Source of the DNA: a virus
Lineage: Duplodnaviria > Caudoviricetes
Virus record (IMG/VR): IMGVR_UViG_3300033463_000012
Direction: 5' to 3' (one strand)
DNA length: 64,000 nt
Every line of letters starts with the position of its first letter. Position 1 is the first letter of the stretch. Below are positions 36,841 through 46,758 of the stretch, piece after piece. The notes below the pieces were generated by a model. The model had not been told where the DNA came from, ran no database searches, and saw only the letters and a list, made by a program, of their open reading frames with translations. Made by a program: the position numbers and the translations under genes.

Positions 36841-37392
36841 TTATTCGACTCGCAGTCCCATCCAAGTTCTGTTGTCATCCAAGTAGGCATCGTGTGTCAA
36901 CCAAAAACCATAGAGGAAACACGCGGCTTGATATTTATATCTTGCACCGAATGAATCACTATCGAACATTTCCGTGGCTTCATTCAGTTCTTCCCTTACT
37001 GAATCCTTTTGCTCTTGTGTTAGTTTCATGTATTCAGTGGTGTCCATGTATTCCTTGATCTTGGACAGACGAAGGAACCATCTCTGATATTCCTGTTCCA
37101 TCCGCTCAAGGATTTTCTCGCAATCCTTTTTGGTGTAGTAGTGCCATTTCTCGCTCCACTCCAAACCACCTGGATGCACTTCGTCCTTTCGGTGAGTGAT
37201 CTCGAACAATGCCCTGGCATCGTCGGGCATTCCCAATTTCGATGCAGTGGAGAATTCGCAAATGGTTTCGTCTATTGGTCCTGAACCGGAACAAAGCCAT
37301 TTGAGCTCGTCATACCAATCATCCAGGACAACATGACATGTTCCGTCTTCGTTGTCCTTCTTCACCATTCTGACGTAGACAGTCCAAGACAT
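36841..37392 (-). CDS. hypothetical protein
   Basis: AGGAG RBS. Confidence 0.7.
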   Translation of the reverse strand: MSWTVYVRMVKKDNEDGTCHVVLDDWYDELKWLCSGSGPIDETICEFSTASKLGMPDDARALFEITHRKDEVHPGGLEWSEKWHYYTKKDCEKILERMEQEYQRWFLRLSKIKEYMDTTEYMKLTQEQKDSVREELNEATEMFDSDSFGARYKYQAACFLYGFWLTHDAYLDDNRTWMGLRVE

Positions 37393-37419
37393 TTCAGTTC
37401 TCCTAGATGAGAATATAAC

Positions 37420-38046
37420 TTATTTCAAACAATTCGAGAATATCTCCTTGATCCTCGTCTCCAGTTCTTCGATAGTTCCATTGTTGTCGATTTCGTAGTC
37501 GAAGACAAAGTGGTCAAGAGCTGTTTCCGAATCATGTGTCTGCGTGCTGTCATTGGTGTCCACGAAACCTTCCTTGTTCCCTCTCCAGATTCGCAGGGTG
37601 CTGGTTTCCGGGAATGCCTTCTTCAAATCATGATATTCAGAAGGGAAACGGAAGTCAGTGACCAGGACGACGTCGGCCTTGTTTTCCTTGACTCTTTTGA
37701 CCAATTGTTCAGTCCACCAATTCTCGGCCACGTTCTTGCGGAAGATTTCTGTCCCATAGGTCTGCAGAAGGATGCGGGTCAAAGCCGTCTTGTCTTCATA
37801 CCAGTTTTCGTCCTTGATATGCAGAAGGTCAGCCAGCATGTCATTTCCTGACCGTCTTGCTTCCTGTGAAAGTTCATTGAGATAGCTGGCCAGGACTGCA
37901 AAATCTCGCTTGCATCCATCCTTCACTCCCTTGGCCAGCATCTCGCAGTCGACCTTGAGTCCCTGAGATTCAAGCCATTCCTTGGCGATCTTCGCGGCCA
38001 GGTTCTTTCCAGAGTGAATTTTTCCACCGAGCATCCATAGTTTCAT
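37420..38046 (-). CDS. deoxynucleoside monophosphate kinase (T4 gp1-like)
   Basis: GGKIHSGK P-loop, R.LLQ.YGTE..R, VTDFRFPSE, HDSETALD, IDNNGT. Confidence 0.88.
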   Translation of the reverse strand: MKLWMLGGKIHSGKNLAAKIAKEWLESQGLKVDCEMLAKGVKDGCKRDFAVLASYLNELSQEARRSGNDMLADLLHIKDENWYEDKTALTRILLQTYGTEIFRKNVAENWWTEQLVKRVKENKADVVLVTDFRFPSEYHDLKKAFPETSTLRIWRGNKEGFVDTNDSTQTHDSETALDHFVFDYEIDNNGTIEELETRIKEIFSNCLK

Positions 38047-38843
38047 AGAGCGTTCTCCTTTTGCTTCAATATAGTTTTGTCACTGAAATCGAACAAGCGA
38101 TCAAAGTGTCTAGGTCTCGCTTCAACGGAATCCAGAAAATCCCTGAAGCATTCGTTCACTGCTTCCTTTATCCTCGGATACTGTTCTTCCTTTATTTCGT
38201 AGAAAGCGAGCATCCTGTCTACATTTCCTGTGTTAGGCGCCGAAAAGGTGATCCTCATTTGAAAGAGGTTGACGTTTATGGTCAATATTCCTTGAATGAA
38301 AAAAGCGGCCATTGTGTCAGCTCGCTTCACCCAATGTTCAGCTGAAATGATCTCGTCAACGTGATTTATCATGATGTTCAAGGCGAGTTTGTCCTTGAAG
38401 TCAGTTTTCCTGAATTCACTTTTCAGCTTCTCGACTTGTTCATAGACATAGTCAACCAGTTCTTCAAATGACCTTCCATTCTTTGGATAACCTACCACAT
38501 GTCTTTCATAAAGCAGTTCAATAGGTTCATCTTCTGTTGGTTCATGAAGGCATCCGCCTGCATCATTGATGAAGAATGCATAGTCACCATTGTCGAGGTA
38601 GGTAAAGAAAAGTTTGTATTCCTGTCTGCCCCACTTTCCAAGGCGACCATTACCAATGTCGACCATCAGCATGTTTCTGAGTTCTTCGTTCCTGTCCATC
38701 CACCTGATGTCCCAAGGACCAGCATGGATGTATTCTTGAACAAGAAACACTGAACCTTCCCCGAATCGTTCTTGAATCATATCACGAACAATATGATATA
38801 CAGCTCGATTCTTTTCGGTAATGGCGCCAATCGTTATAGGCAT
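38043..38843 (-). CDS. shared-helix-motif family protein (FKDKLALNIMINHV)
   Basis: Internal motif. Confidence 0.7.
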   Translation of the reverse strand: MPITIGAITEKNRAVYHIVRDMIQERFGEGSVFLVQEYIHAGPWDIRWMDRNEELRNMLMVDIGNGRLGKWGRQEYKLFFTYLDNGDYAFFINDAGGCLHEPTEDEPIELLYERHVVGYPKNGRSFEELVDYVYEQVEKLKSEFRKTDFKDKLALNIMINHVDEIISAEHWVKRADTMAAFFIQGILTINVNLFQMRITFSAPNTGNVDRMLAFYEIKEEQYPRIKEAVNECFRDFLDSVEARPRHFDRLFDFSDKTILKQKENAL

Positions 38844-39160
38844 GCGTTCACCGTTTTCAGGACGAAGTCGACTATTTTCTTCAATGACTCTTGGTCAAAG
38901 TTGTATCTTCCGGCTAATGACTGATGAGAAAGGACCTTTCCTTTTTTCTTTATCGAAAGCGTGACGACCATGTTCCCTTCATTCACGCGCATGAACCTTA
39001 TGATCACGCACCTTTCGACCACATAGTATTTGTCGGACATTCCATCCTGAACGACTACAATTGGCTGATCATCGGCATATTTGACTATGTTTTCCCAGCC
39101 GAGTTGATCCTTCAGCTTTTCCGCCAACAGGTTTATGAAGAATTCCTTTTGAAAGTTCAT
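38834..39160 (-). CDS. shared-helix-motif family protein (FQKEFFINLLAEKL)
   Basis: N-terminal motif; AGGAG RBS. Confidence 0.75.
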   Translation of the reverse strand: MNFQKEFFINLLAEKLKDQLGWENIVKYADDQPIVVVQDGMSDKYYVVERCVIIRFMRVNEGNMVVTLSIKKKGKVLSHQSLAGRYNFDQESLKKIVDFVLKTVNACL

Positions 39161-39174
39161 GTGGTTCTCCTAGA

Positions 39175-39225
39175 CAAAATATAATCAATTCTTTGTACTC
39201 TTGACCAAAAAATTTATTATATTTT
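39175..39225. promoter_or_regulatory. divergent overlapping early promoters
   Basis: ATTATATT on minus (39178-39185) and TATTATATT on plus (39215-39223). Confidence 0.6.
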
Positions 39226-39229
39226 TCTC

Positions 39230-39748
39230 ATGAAACAGAGACATGTTGACCAATTGAAGCTGATATTCCCGGAGACCCCTGACCATTGCGGACAGGAAGG
39301 CACGGGGACATTTTATGCCTTCAACAAGCAACTTCGGTTCGGCCATGTCGGTGAGGAGTATTTCCTTGACCGGTGGGAACACGGATTTGACTACATCCGG
39401 TGCAGAAATTTCAAGGTGTTTCTGAAAAAGCTGGAAGCGCTCAGGAAGACCTTTGAACGAGAACAGTTCAGAAAGAATCTGACCGCGAACATCCTCTGCA
39501 AGAAGTTGGAGGAAAAGGGTTTCGAAGCAAAGGTAATAAAAGAGCTGGACCGCGATGACGTCAAAATCCGTGCAACACATCCGAAGCATCCTCCATTGAG
39601 CAAGTTCTCGTTCAGGGTTGGCTCGGATTTCATTGATGCCTATCACGGAGTGGTTCGAATCTACTTCATGGGCGGTGATCCTAAGTTTACAATTCCTGGG
39701 GCAATGGAAGCTGTCATAAAGAGGGCCAAATGGAAAAAGCTGCTATGA
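39230..39748 (+). CDS. shared-helix-motif family protein (FRKNLTANILCKKL)
   Basis: Two-part architecture. Confidence 0.75.
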   Translation: MKQRHVDQLKLIFPETPDHCGQEGTGTFYAFNKQLRFGHVGEEYFLDRWEHGFDYIRCRNFKVFLKKLEALRKTFEREQFRKNLTANILCKKLEEKGFEAKVIKELDRDDVKIRATHPKHPPLSKFSFRVGSDFIDAYHGVVRIYFMGGDPKFTIPGAMEAVIKRAKWKKLL

Positions 39749-40305
39749 CCAAAGACCAGCTGAAACAGGTCAAGGAGATATTCCCGGAGATACCTGATGA
39801 TCTGCTGGATTATCCTACAACTTCATTTTATGTTTTCCGTAATTGGTGTTGCATGAGTCACATCAACGGGGAATACGAGATGAACGAATGGGGGACAACC
39901 AATTTCTATGCTCGTTCCGAAAATTTCGACGTGTTTCTGAATCAACTGAAGGAAGTGAGAAAGCGGTTTGATCAGAAAGAGGAGAAAAGAAAACGGGAAA
40001 AGGTCGCGAGGAATTTCATATCGAAAATCCTTTGCACCAAGCTGAACAAACTCGGATTCACGACGGAAGTTCATGAAGACGATGTATTGGAACATCTGAC
40101 GATAGATGCCTTCTTTCCTCCGCCTTTGATGTCCGGGTCCCTTGCGCAGATTGATGTTTGGGTTGGACGCGTTCAGGTATATTATATGTACAACATCTTG
40201 TTCGACCGGAGGGAAGAACAGGGAAATATGGTGGAAGGCGCCGTAGAAAGGATCGCTGAACTTCAAAAGGACGAGCTGGAGAAGTATCATCATGAGCTAC
40301 GCTAG
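39745..40305 (+). CDS. shared-helix-motif family protein (VARNFISKILCTKL)
   Basis: Paralog of 39230 (IFPE.PD, NF.VFL..L). Confidence 0.75.
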   Translation: MTKDQLKQVKEIFPEIPDDLLDYPTTSFYVFRNWCCMSHINGEYEMNEWGTTNFYARSENFDVFLNQLKEVRKRFDQKEEKRKREKVARNFISKILCTKLNKLGFTTEVHEDDVLEHLTIDAFFPPPLMSGSLAQIDVWVGRVQVYYMYNILFDRREEQGNMVEGAVERIAELQKDELEKYHHELR

Positions 40306-40801
40306 ACTGAAACCGATAACCAAGTGGCTGAACGACCATAACATACCTTATGTGGGTACCAGTTCACCGAATGGCCACGATGAGGTGTTCGATTGGAAGG
40401 GAAACACTTGGTGTGTGGGCAGCTTCAAGATGTACAAAAAGAACCTGATGCTGTCAAAAGTCAATTGTCAGATCAATCTGATCTTCCCCAAGTCCAGGAT
40501 GGTCTACGAATACTTGGAGAACATGGAAAAGATTGACTACGAGATGAAATTGGCCTACAGAATTCTGAGCAAGAAGTTCCAATCAGATAAAAATTTCTTG
40601 TGGGAATATCATGGAAACATCATATGGAAGGATTGGGACATCGCTATCGAGCCGTTTAAAGTGGTGGTCTACAATAATATCGATGACCCTAGCAAGCATG
40701 TATGCAAGAAATGGACATGGGGATGGTCCAGGGGCATCAAGGTTCAAACCATGATCAAACGGGTGATCAAGTTGGTTGAGGAATACGAAAGGATCGTTTG
40801 A
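40292..40801 (+). CDS. shared-helix-motif family protein (YEMKLAYRILSKKF)
   Basis: Internal motif. Confidence 0.7.
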   Translation: MSYARLKPITKWLNDHNIPYVGTSSPNGHDEVFDWKGNTWCVGSFKMYKKNLMLSKVNCQINLIFPKSRMVYEYLENMEKIDYEMKLAYRILSKKFQSDKNFLWEYHGNIIWKDWDIAIEPFKVVVYNNIDDPSKHVCKKWTWGWSRGIKVQTMIKRVIKLVEEYERIV

Positions 40802-41536
40802 TTACTTGTTTCCTGTAAGGCCAGGCGACATCGTGTGCGGCTGACCAGTGAACGGGCAAACAGGGATGCAGTTCGGCTGCCAGAAGTTTGAAGTTCCTGT
40901 GGGCGCCGACAACTTGATTTTTCCCATGGTGTTCAATTCAATGTCACCCTGAGATTGGAAGCGGATGTTTCCCTTGATGTTCAAGTCAAATCCACCGTTT
41001 TCCGTATTGGCGTTGTCTATTACAATGTGACCGGACTTGGATATCATTATGGACGCGCCTGACCTGTGGTTGAAGGTCAGTTCCCCTGTCTGCCTGTTCA
41101 TCTTCAGATAGTCGCCTTCGTCCGTCTCGAAGAAAACCATCGTATGGGGATAGTCACCCAGAGGATTGGAGACCATTCCCTTGAGTTCCTTTTTCGTCAG
41201 GGAGACCTTCGTCGTGTATTTCGGCATGTAGAGGTCATCGTTGTCGAAATAGACGTTGACCAGTGCATCCACCGGAGGAACGACGAAATTGCCAACCTTT
41301 GATCCAGTGAAACCAATGTCGGGAAGAGCCCACGGAAGGTCTTGGTCGGGAATGGATTCGGAGAAAATGCCGAACACGCGAATTTGACAACGGCCTAGTT
41401 TCTCCGGGTCATTGTTGGACACCACCTTTCCAGGATAGAACGTGGCGGTGACCTGTGGTGATTCCCTCTCGACCTGCTCCTTGAGAAGTTCAGTCAGGTC
41501 AAGGCCTAATGTCTTTTCTGAATCTTTGGTGTCCAT
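40802..41536 (-). CDS. baseplate central spike/hub (gp5 N-terminal OB / gpV-like), no lysozyme domain
   Basis: GKVVSNNDPEKLGRCQIRV, LPWA, VPPV..LV.V.F..DD...P; CTAAATT at 41543-41549. Confidence 0.82.
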   Translation of the reverse strand: MDTKDSEKTLGLDLTELLKEQVERESPQVTATFYPGKVVSNNDPEKLGRCQIRVFGIFSESIPDQDLPWALPDIGFTGSKVGNFVVPPVDALVNVYFDNDDLYMPKYTTKVSLTKKELKGMVSNPLGDYPHTMVFFETDEGDYLKMNRQTGELTFNHRSGASIMISKSGHIVIDNANTENGGFDLNIKGNIRFQSQGDIELNTMGKIKLSAPTGTSNFWQPNCIPVCPFTGQPHTMSPGLTGNK

Positions 41537-41545
41537 ACAAAAAAT

Positions 41546-42106
41546 TTAGACCTTGTTTTGTCTGCGATATTCCTTTGAAATCAGTCGCAAAACCCTGTCG
41601 ACAGCTCCGGGTTCAGTGCATTCGACAATCAAGGAAGGATTGGTGTTCATAAAATCTTTGAAGTATTTGATATGATTGTCGTGAATTTCAATGAAGATTG
41701 AAGTTCCAGGGATTATAATGCTCCCGCCTGTTTGTAAAAAAGACCTGACATAATAGTTGATTTTTGAATCCTCCAATTTCTTTCTCAGGATGTTCAGTGT
41801 GAGTTTTCCCACGAAGGTCATCTTCTTGATCTTTTTCTCTTCCTTGATCAATCTTTCCAAAGCGATCTTGAAGTTCTTTCCCCTGTACAAGCAAAGAAAG
41901 TTGGCAGACACCGCGTATTTGTTCATATCATAGACAAGATATGAATTTCTGCAGTGTTCAATACCATAGTTGTAGTCATATCCAAAGCTGACTTTTATTG
42001 TTGGATATCTATGACCTATTCCATAGATGTCAATCATAACATCATGACCGAACAGGTCCTTGACCCTGCTGACTTGTTCGGGTGTGAAACCTTCAAGATT
42101 TTCCAT
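41546..42106 (-). CDS. shared-helix-motif family protein (FVGKLTLNILRKKL)
   Basis: Internal motif. Confidence 0.75.
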   Translation of the reverse strand: MENLEGFTPEQVSRVKDLFGHDVMIDIYGIGHRYPTIKVSFGYDYNYGIEHCRNSYLVYDMNKYAVSANFLCLYRGKNFKIALERLIKEEKKIKKMTFVGKLTLNILRKKLEDSKINYYVRSFLQTGGSIIIPGTSIFIEIHDNHIKYFKDFMNTNPSLIVECTEPGAVDRVLRLISKEYRRQNKV

Positions 42107-42560
42107 AGTGTCTCACGAAGAATTTGATCATTTCGTCCGGCGTCATTTTGATGACCTTGTCGTTGTCATTTCCATAATACAACCGAGACATAAAAACGCC
42201 GTTGTTGACAGTGATGACGAAGACATTAAACAACTTGGTCATCAAATCGTTCCCGAGTTTGTTACGAAGGATTTGCATTGTCAAATTCCAAAGATATTCG
42301 TCTTTGTCTGCCTTGATTTTATTTTCCTTGATTTTTTCCAGCACCTCTTCGAATGTTTTTGCAAATTCTGATCCTGTATGTACTATCGAACCTATTTTTC
42401 TAGGACAGATTCGAAATCGTCCAGAGAAGGTTTCCCATATAACAGGTGCCTTGAAACCTTCACGACGATATCCCACGAGATTATCAGGTGAATTATCACA
42501 GAAGAAATCCGGATAGATTTCCTTGAGCGCTTCCAGTCTTTCTTCGGTGGTCTCGTACAT
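42093..42560 (-). CDS. shared-helix-motif family protein (YLWNLTMQILRNKL)
   Basis: Internal motif. Confidence 0.75.
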   Translation of the reverse strand: MYETTEERLEALKEIYPDFFCDNSPDNLVGYRREGFKAPVIWETFSGRFRICPRKIGSIVHTGSEFAKTFEEVLEKIKENKIKADKDEYLWNLTMQILRNKLGNDLMTKLFNVFVITVNNGVFMSRLYYGNDNDKVIKMTPDEMIKFFVRHYGKS

Positions 42561-43082
42561 CTACAGGTCCTTGTAAATTTGTCTGTATTTCATGTCAGAT
42601 ATCACTGAACCGAAGAAATGCTTTGCCACGGCTTCGATGTTCTTGATCGAATATCCTTTAAATTCCTTGTAATCGTCTGTTCGTATGATGTCACGAGATA
42701 TTTCTATCCAGACCGAATTGTTCGGCTTGTAGCAGATCATATAGCCAATCGGAATGTAGAAATGCTCGATAGGGATTCCCTTTTCCTCCAACATCTTCAC
42801 CATGACGTTCTTTGCAAACTCAGCTTTGTATTTGTCTTTGTACAACTTCCTTTTGAATTTCACTAGGAAGGAAAACATCTCATCAAAGCTGTCAAAACAT
42901 GCAATGTTTTCAGGTTGATCATAACCTCGTTCCCATAACACGAAATCGGTTCCCGTTTGTTCCACTCCAAGACCAAAGTCCTTTTCCAGAATGGAAATGA
43001 GATAGGATGAATCAATTCTGTGGAAATTTCCGTCTATCTCGTTCTTTATTTTCTCATATTGTTCTTTGGTCAATGCCTTCAT
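42561..43082 (-). CDS. shared-helix-motif family protein (YKAEFAKNVMVKML)
   Basis: Start MKALTKEQ, GGAGG RBS. Confidence 0.75.
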   Translation of the reverse strand: MKALTKEQYEKIKNEIDGNFHRIDSSYLISILEKDFGLGVEQTGTDFVLWERGYDQPENIACFDSFDEMFSFLVKFKRKLYKDKYKAEFAKNVMVKMLEEKGIPIEHFYIPIGYMICYKPNNSVWIEISRDIIRTDDYKEFKGYSIKNIEAVAKHFFGSVISDMKYRQIYKDL

Positions 43083-43090
43083 GTTGCCTC

Positions 43091-43636
43091 CTATTTGCAA
43101 AGTTCACCTACGCGGGAAAAGAATTGGTCTGCATCCTTTTCCACATCGAGCAACCATTCCGTTGCACGGTTGACCGATTTGATTCCATAGTCAGGAAGGG
43201 CAAAACCACCCTCGACGTTCAATTTGATCCTCCCATTGCACAAGGAAATCGAACGTTTGAAAGGTGGAAACTCAAGTCTGATGTATGTATTCGTATGGAA
43301 ATCCTGCAATATGGGTTCGTGTCCTTTTTCCTTCAACTTCTTCACGATCACGTTGGCTGCAAAGTTCCTGGCGAATTCCTCTTTCGTGAATATCCCGTGA
43401 ACCTTGGACAACATGTCAATGAACATGTCGAAGTCAGAAAACAGATAGTGGTCTTTGAATCCTTTTGGCCACAGGTCAGGGGTTTCGATGTCCACTGAAA
43501 GTTGACTATGTTCAGTGAAGCCAAGCACCAGATGACGATGATGAAAATACACGTTGTAGAAACCGATTGCAAAAAGAAAGACATCACAACCGAATTCATT
43601 TTGCATTCGCTGTATCTGTTCTTTTGTCAGCAACAT
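43091..43636 (-). CDS. shared-helix-motif family protein (FARNFAANVIVKKL)
   Basis: Start MLLTKEQ. Confidence 0.75.
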   Translation of the reverse strand: MLLTKEQIQRMQNEFGCDVFLFAIGFYNVYFHHRHLVLGFTEHSQLSVDIETPDLWPKGFKDHYLFSDFDMFIDMLSKVHGIFTKEEFARNFAANVIVKKLKEKGHEPILQDFHTNTYIRLEFPPFKRSISLCNGRIKLNVEGGFALPDYGIKSVNRATEWLLDVEKDADQFFSRVGELCK

Positions 43637-44235
43637 TTTCTGAAACCTATCAGTCTGCACGATTCTAGGTCGACCCTGCAAGGTGAATCACCCTCTCTAT
43701 CCATCTTCAATTCCTTTTTCACCCTCTGTTCAAATTCTTCAATTGCCATCTTGAAGTTGAAAGCCGAGTATCCTTTCAATTCAATGTCATCAGGGCGAAT
43801 ATTGATTGTTCCGTTGCACAGAACGAGGCGCGCATCCACTCTCGGACACGGAGTTTCAATGACAGTTAGGTTTCCGCGATCATCTGCACCAAAACGCGAT
43901 TTAGGGTGTTTTTCGTTCATCTGGGCCAAGAGGATTTTTGTCGCCAAATTTCTCTGTGCCTTTTCCCTTACCAGAAAATCCTTGGTTTTCTTCATCCAGT
44001 CGATCATCGCTGTGAAATCACGGAAATACCTTTTCCTGATTTCCGGAAGATAGTCTTTGGTAATTTCCGGATAGACTTTGAAAAACAGACCACTGAATCC
44101 TTCCACTTTTTCCCTGACTGCATCCACCATGACATTGAACAACAGGACGCGAGTTTCATTGTCAACGATGGTGATGTCAGGATCAATTTCTTCTCTGATT
44201 TTCTGCAGCTGCTTTTCAGTCAAAGAATATATCAT
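43627..44235 (-). CDS. shared-helix-motif family protein (AQRNLATKILLAQM)
   Basis: AAGGAG RBS; LTEKQ N-terminus. Confidence 0.75.
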   Translation of the reverse strand: MIYSLTEKQLQKIREEIDPDITIVDNETRVLLFNVMVDAVREKVEGFSGLFFKVYPEITKDYLPEIRKRYFRDFTAMIDWMKKTKDFLVREKAQRNLATKILLAQMNEKHPKSRFGADDRGNLTVIETPCPRVDARLVLCNGTINIRPDDIELKGYSAFNFKMAIEEFEQRVKKELKMDREGDSPCRVDLESCRLIGFRKCC

Positions 44236-44256
44236 AGTGTCTCCTTTGGTTCTAGG

Positions 44257-44291
44257 TATAATATAATATCTTTTCTGGAAAGATGAGCAAA
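44257..44291 (-). promoter_or_regulatory. early promoter
   Basis: TTGCTC...AAAAGATATTATATTATACCTAGAACC. Confidence 0.75.
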
Positions 44292-44328
44292 AGAAATGGC
44301 CCTATTTTTGAGATAGGGCCAGAAAAAA
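44290..44328 (-). terminator. intrinsic terminator
   Basis: TGGCCCTAT-loop-ATAGGGCCA then TTTCTTTT on the minus strand. Confidence 0.75.
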
Positions 44329-44343
44329 CTGAAATTTCTAAAA

Positions 44344-45201
44344 TTACTTTTCTTCTGTCTGCTGCTGAGTTTCCGTTTTGTTTTCCTTGTCTACAGCCGA
44401 TGAAGATGAACCAAGCACTTTATTCAACAATTCTTCAAATCTTCTGTCTGACAAATTCGCCACCTTTAATGTTCCAGCGATTTCTCCAATCAATTTTTGC
44501 TGTGCCGGTGATGCATTTGATTTTTGTTGTTTGACTGTATTCATCTTTGCATTCAACAGAGATTTCATTTTCTCTACATTGGCTTCAGTTGTTATGTTAT
44601 TGCTGGCGACAACTATGTCATTCATGTCGTTTTCATTCCAATGAACCTGACCATGATATTTCTTGAGTTTTTCTATCAAAGGTTTTGGCAAATTGGCCAA
44701 AGACAGTGCATTATTGAAGGCCTTGTTGTCTTCAGTGTTGTCGTCAGTCGGTGAACCAAGCAGCAGCAATATCGTTCTGCAAACATCTTGCCAGGATGAC
44801 ATCTGTTTCTTTTCTTCCGCTTCTTCCTTCTGCGCTTCTCTTGTAGCTCTTTCCAGTTCCTTTGTGAATGTCGCATCGAACTGCTTGCGGATGTCGGAAG
44901 GGAACATCTTCTGCGCTTCTTCAGGGTCCTTCAGATTCACCTGAGTCAGAAGATTGTTGAACTCGGACTGCAGCTTCGCCTTCTGCTTGTTCAAACTGTC
45001 CTTGACGTCATTTTCCATCTTGTTGTAGTCGGCTTCGGACACCAGATTCTTGTTCACGTCGTCCATGCCTTCTGCAGTCAGTGCTTCCTTGGCCGCGGGT
45101 TCCATTGACTTTTCGAACCAACTTACGAGGACCGAAGGAGGAACTGAATTGCTGTTCAAGGCCTTTATCAATACATTCTTGATCTGTGTAGGATTAGCCA
45201 T
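44344..45201 (-). CDS. helical late protein (possible virion/internal protein)
   Basis: Last gene of a late operon. Confidence 0.65.
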   Translation of the reverse strand: MANPTQIKNVLIKALNSNSVPPSVLVSWFEKSMEPAAKEALTAEGMDDVNKNLVSEADYNKMENDVKDSLNKQKAKLQSEFNNLLTQVNLKDPEEAQKMFPSDIRKQFDATFTKELERATREAQKEEAEEKKQMSSWQDVCRTILLLLGSPTDDNTEDNKAFNNALSLANLPKPLIEKLKKYHGQVHWNENDMNDIVVASNNITTEANVEKMKSLLNAKMNTVKQQKSNASPAQQKLIGEIAGTLKVANLSDRRFEELLNKVLGSSSSAVDKENKTETQQQTEEK

Positions 45202-45811
45202 TGTTCTGTTCTCCTTCCTTGTTCTGTTCCGCGGGCTTTTCTTCCTGACCTTCTCCCTGTCCTTCTTCCTGACCTTCCTCTTCTGCGCTTCCGGGGTTAT
45301 TTGTCATTTCCAGGGCAGCTTGCATCTTGGCCACGAACTGCTTGGCGTTTTCTGGACTTTCCTTCTTTGCCTTGCTGTAGTCGAATGCATTCAATTCCTG
45401 TATCAACTTCTTTGCATACTGACGATAATAGTAGGAGGCAACCAAATACTTTTCTTGGTCTTCGGTCAATTCCCCGCCTTTGCCCATTACCTTTAGAATC
45501 GTCTCCGGGGTGATCTTGCCTACACTTGCCTCGTTCAGCTCGTTCATCCGTTCGACCATCTTCTGCACATCGGACGAGTATTTCTTTTTGTCCTTGCCTA
45601 ACCGCTTGTCGTTCAGGGACTTGAACATGAAACCGAAGATGTTGTCAACTCGGGTCAGGTCAGAGGAGGTGATTCTCGGGTTGATTGCGGCAAGGGTCAT
45701 TAGTCCCATGTAGCCGAGAACCAAAGCACCCTTGGAAAATGCACCCGTCAAACTTTCGTTCAGGGTCACTTCATTCAATCCATTCTTTTCTTCGAACAAC
45801 AATTGCTTCAT
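45194..45811 (-). CDS. late protein with N-terminal LxE repeats (possible internal head protein)
   Basis: MKQLLFEEKNGLNEVTLNES; hydrophobic segment; EGQ repeats. Confidence 0.65.
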   Translation of the reverse strand: MKQLLFEEKNGLNEVTLNESLTGAFSKGALVLGYMGLMTLAAINPRITSSDLTRVDNIFGFMFKSLNDKRLGKDKKKYSSDVQKMVERMNELNEASVGKITPETILKVMGKGGELTEDQEKYLVASYYYRQYAKKLIQELNAFDYSKAKKESPENAKQFVAKMQAALEMTNNPGSAEEEGQEEGQGEGQEEKPAEQNKEGEQNNG

Positions 45812-46272
45812 TTCATTTCCTCCGCATCCACCTTTTTGGCTTCTGCAACTTTCTTTGAATTGGCAAGGGCGAACAGGTCAGTGGAGGTCAAAGGTATGCT
45901 CGCCTTCAGCTCCACATTGGTGTTCTTCGGCTGATTCTCCATCTTCTGCACCTGGTCGTAGGCAAAAACCATTTCCCTCAATTCCTTGTAGATTTCGAGA
46001 CGGGCTTTGACAAGTTGGGCATAGACTGAATGGTAGGAGGTCTTGGCACCGATCTTGATTTCCGATTTGAGGTATTCCACTACCTGTGCAGCTTCATGGT
46101 CAAGTTCCTTCAGCTTGTTCATCAGGTCAAGTTTGTCCTGAGCCAAAGGGTGGTTCTCGGTGTCAGGGACGAATTCTGGCAGTTGTTCGACCACCGCCTC
46201 GGAACTGACGAAATTGGTTCCAAGGACTTCGTCCAGACCTTCAAAGGCATCTATCGGTTCTTGAGTGTCCAT
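45808..46272 (-). CDS. putative terminase small subunit (T4 gp16-like)
   Basis: Helical; Y.V..QL......K.L; NTNV....TSTDL C-terminal motif. Confidence 0.55.
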   Translation of the reverse strand: MDTQEPIDAFEGLDEVLGTNFVSSEAVVEQLPEFVPDTENHPLAQDKLDLMNKLKELDHEAAQVVEYLKSEIKIGAKTSYHSVYAQLVKARLEIYKELREMVFAYDQVQKMENQPKNTNVELKASIPLTSTDLFALANSKKVAEAKKVDAEEMK

Positions 46273-46278
46273 ACAAGA

Positions 46279-46758
46279 TTAGCCCTTCATTTCCTCCTCG
46301 GCTTCCTCTTCCATCTTCTTCAGCCGAGTGTAGTAGTCAGGAATTTCGTAGAGGTGGTCCATGGCTATGCGTTCCGCTATGTCCGGGTCGTTCGTATGTT
46401 CCTTCTCCACTTCCTTGCCCATTTCCAACTGGACTTCCAAATCCTTCAACTTGGCCCCGTGCTTTTCGGCGATTTCGTCCAGGGTCATTTCCTCCGCCAC
46501 ACCGCCTTCCAGAATCTTGAACTTTTCTTCCGGGGGTTCATACTTGGCGTCTTCATTGAAATTCTCCAGCACCCAGCCAATCGCCTCTCCGGTGGTCCGA
46601 TTCTTGCAGGCCAGGTCGAATATCTCGTTCAGCTGTTCATCGGTGCAATAGTCACCATAGACCATGCGCACACGCTTTTCCACCACTTCCCGGATGAGCA
46701 TGGCGTCCTTTTCCGTCTTCTGTTCATTCTTCTTCAGGTACAAATCATAATCAATCAT
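46279..46758 (-). CDS. DUF5661-like protein
   Basis: QLEMG..VE.EHT.D...A..IA.DHL.E.PDYYTRL..ME; CTAAATT at 46783-46789. Confidence 0.75.
   Translation of the reverse strand: MIDYDLYLKKNEQKTEKDAMLIREVVEKRVRMVYGDYCTDEQLNEIFDLACKNRTTGEAIGWVLENFNEDAKYEPPEEKFKILEGGVAEEMTLDEIAEKHGAKLKDLEVQLEMGKEVEKEHTNDPDIAERIAMDHLYEIPDYYTRLKKMEEEAEEEMKG

Noticed and set aside
45225-45285. EGQ-E short tandem repeat
   Set aside because: Ordinary low-complexity acidic tail.
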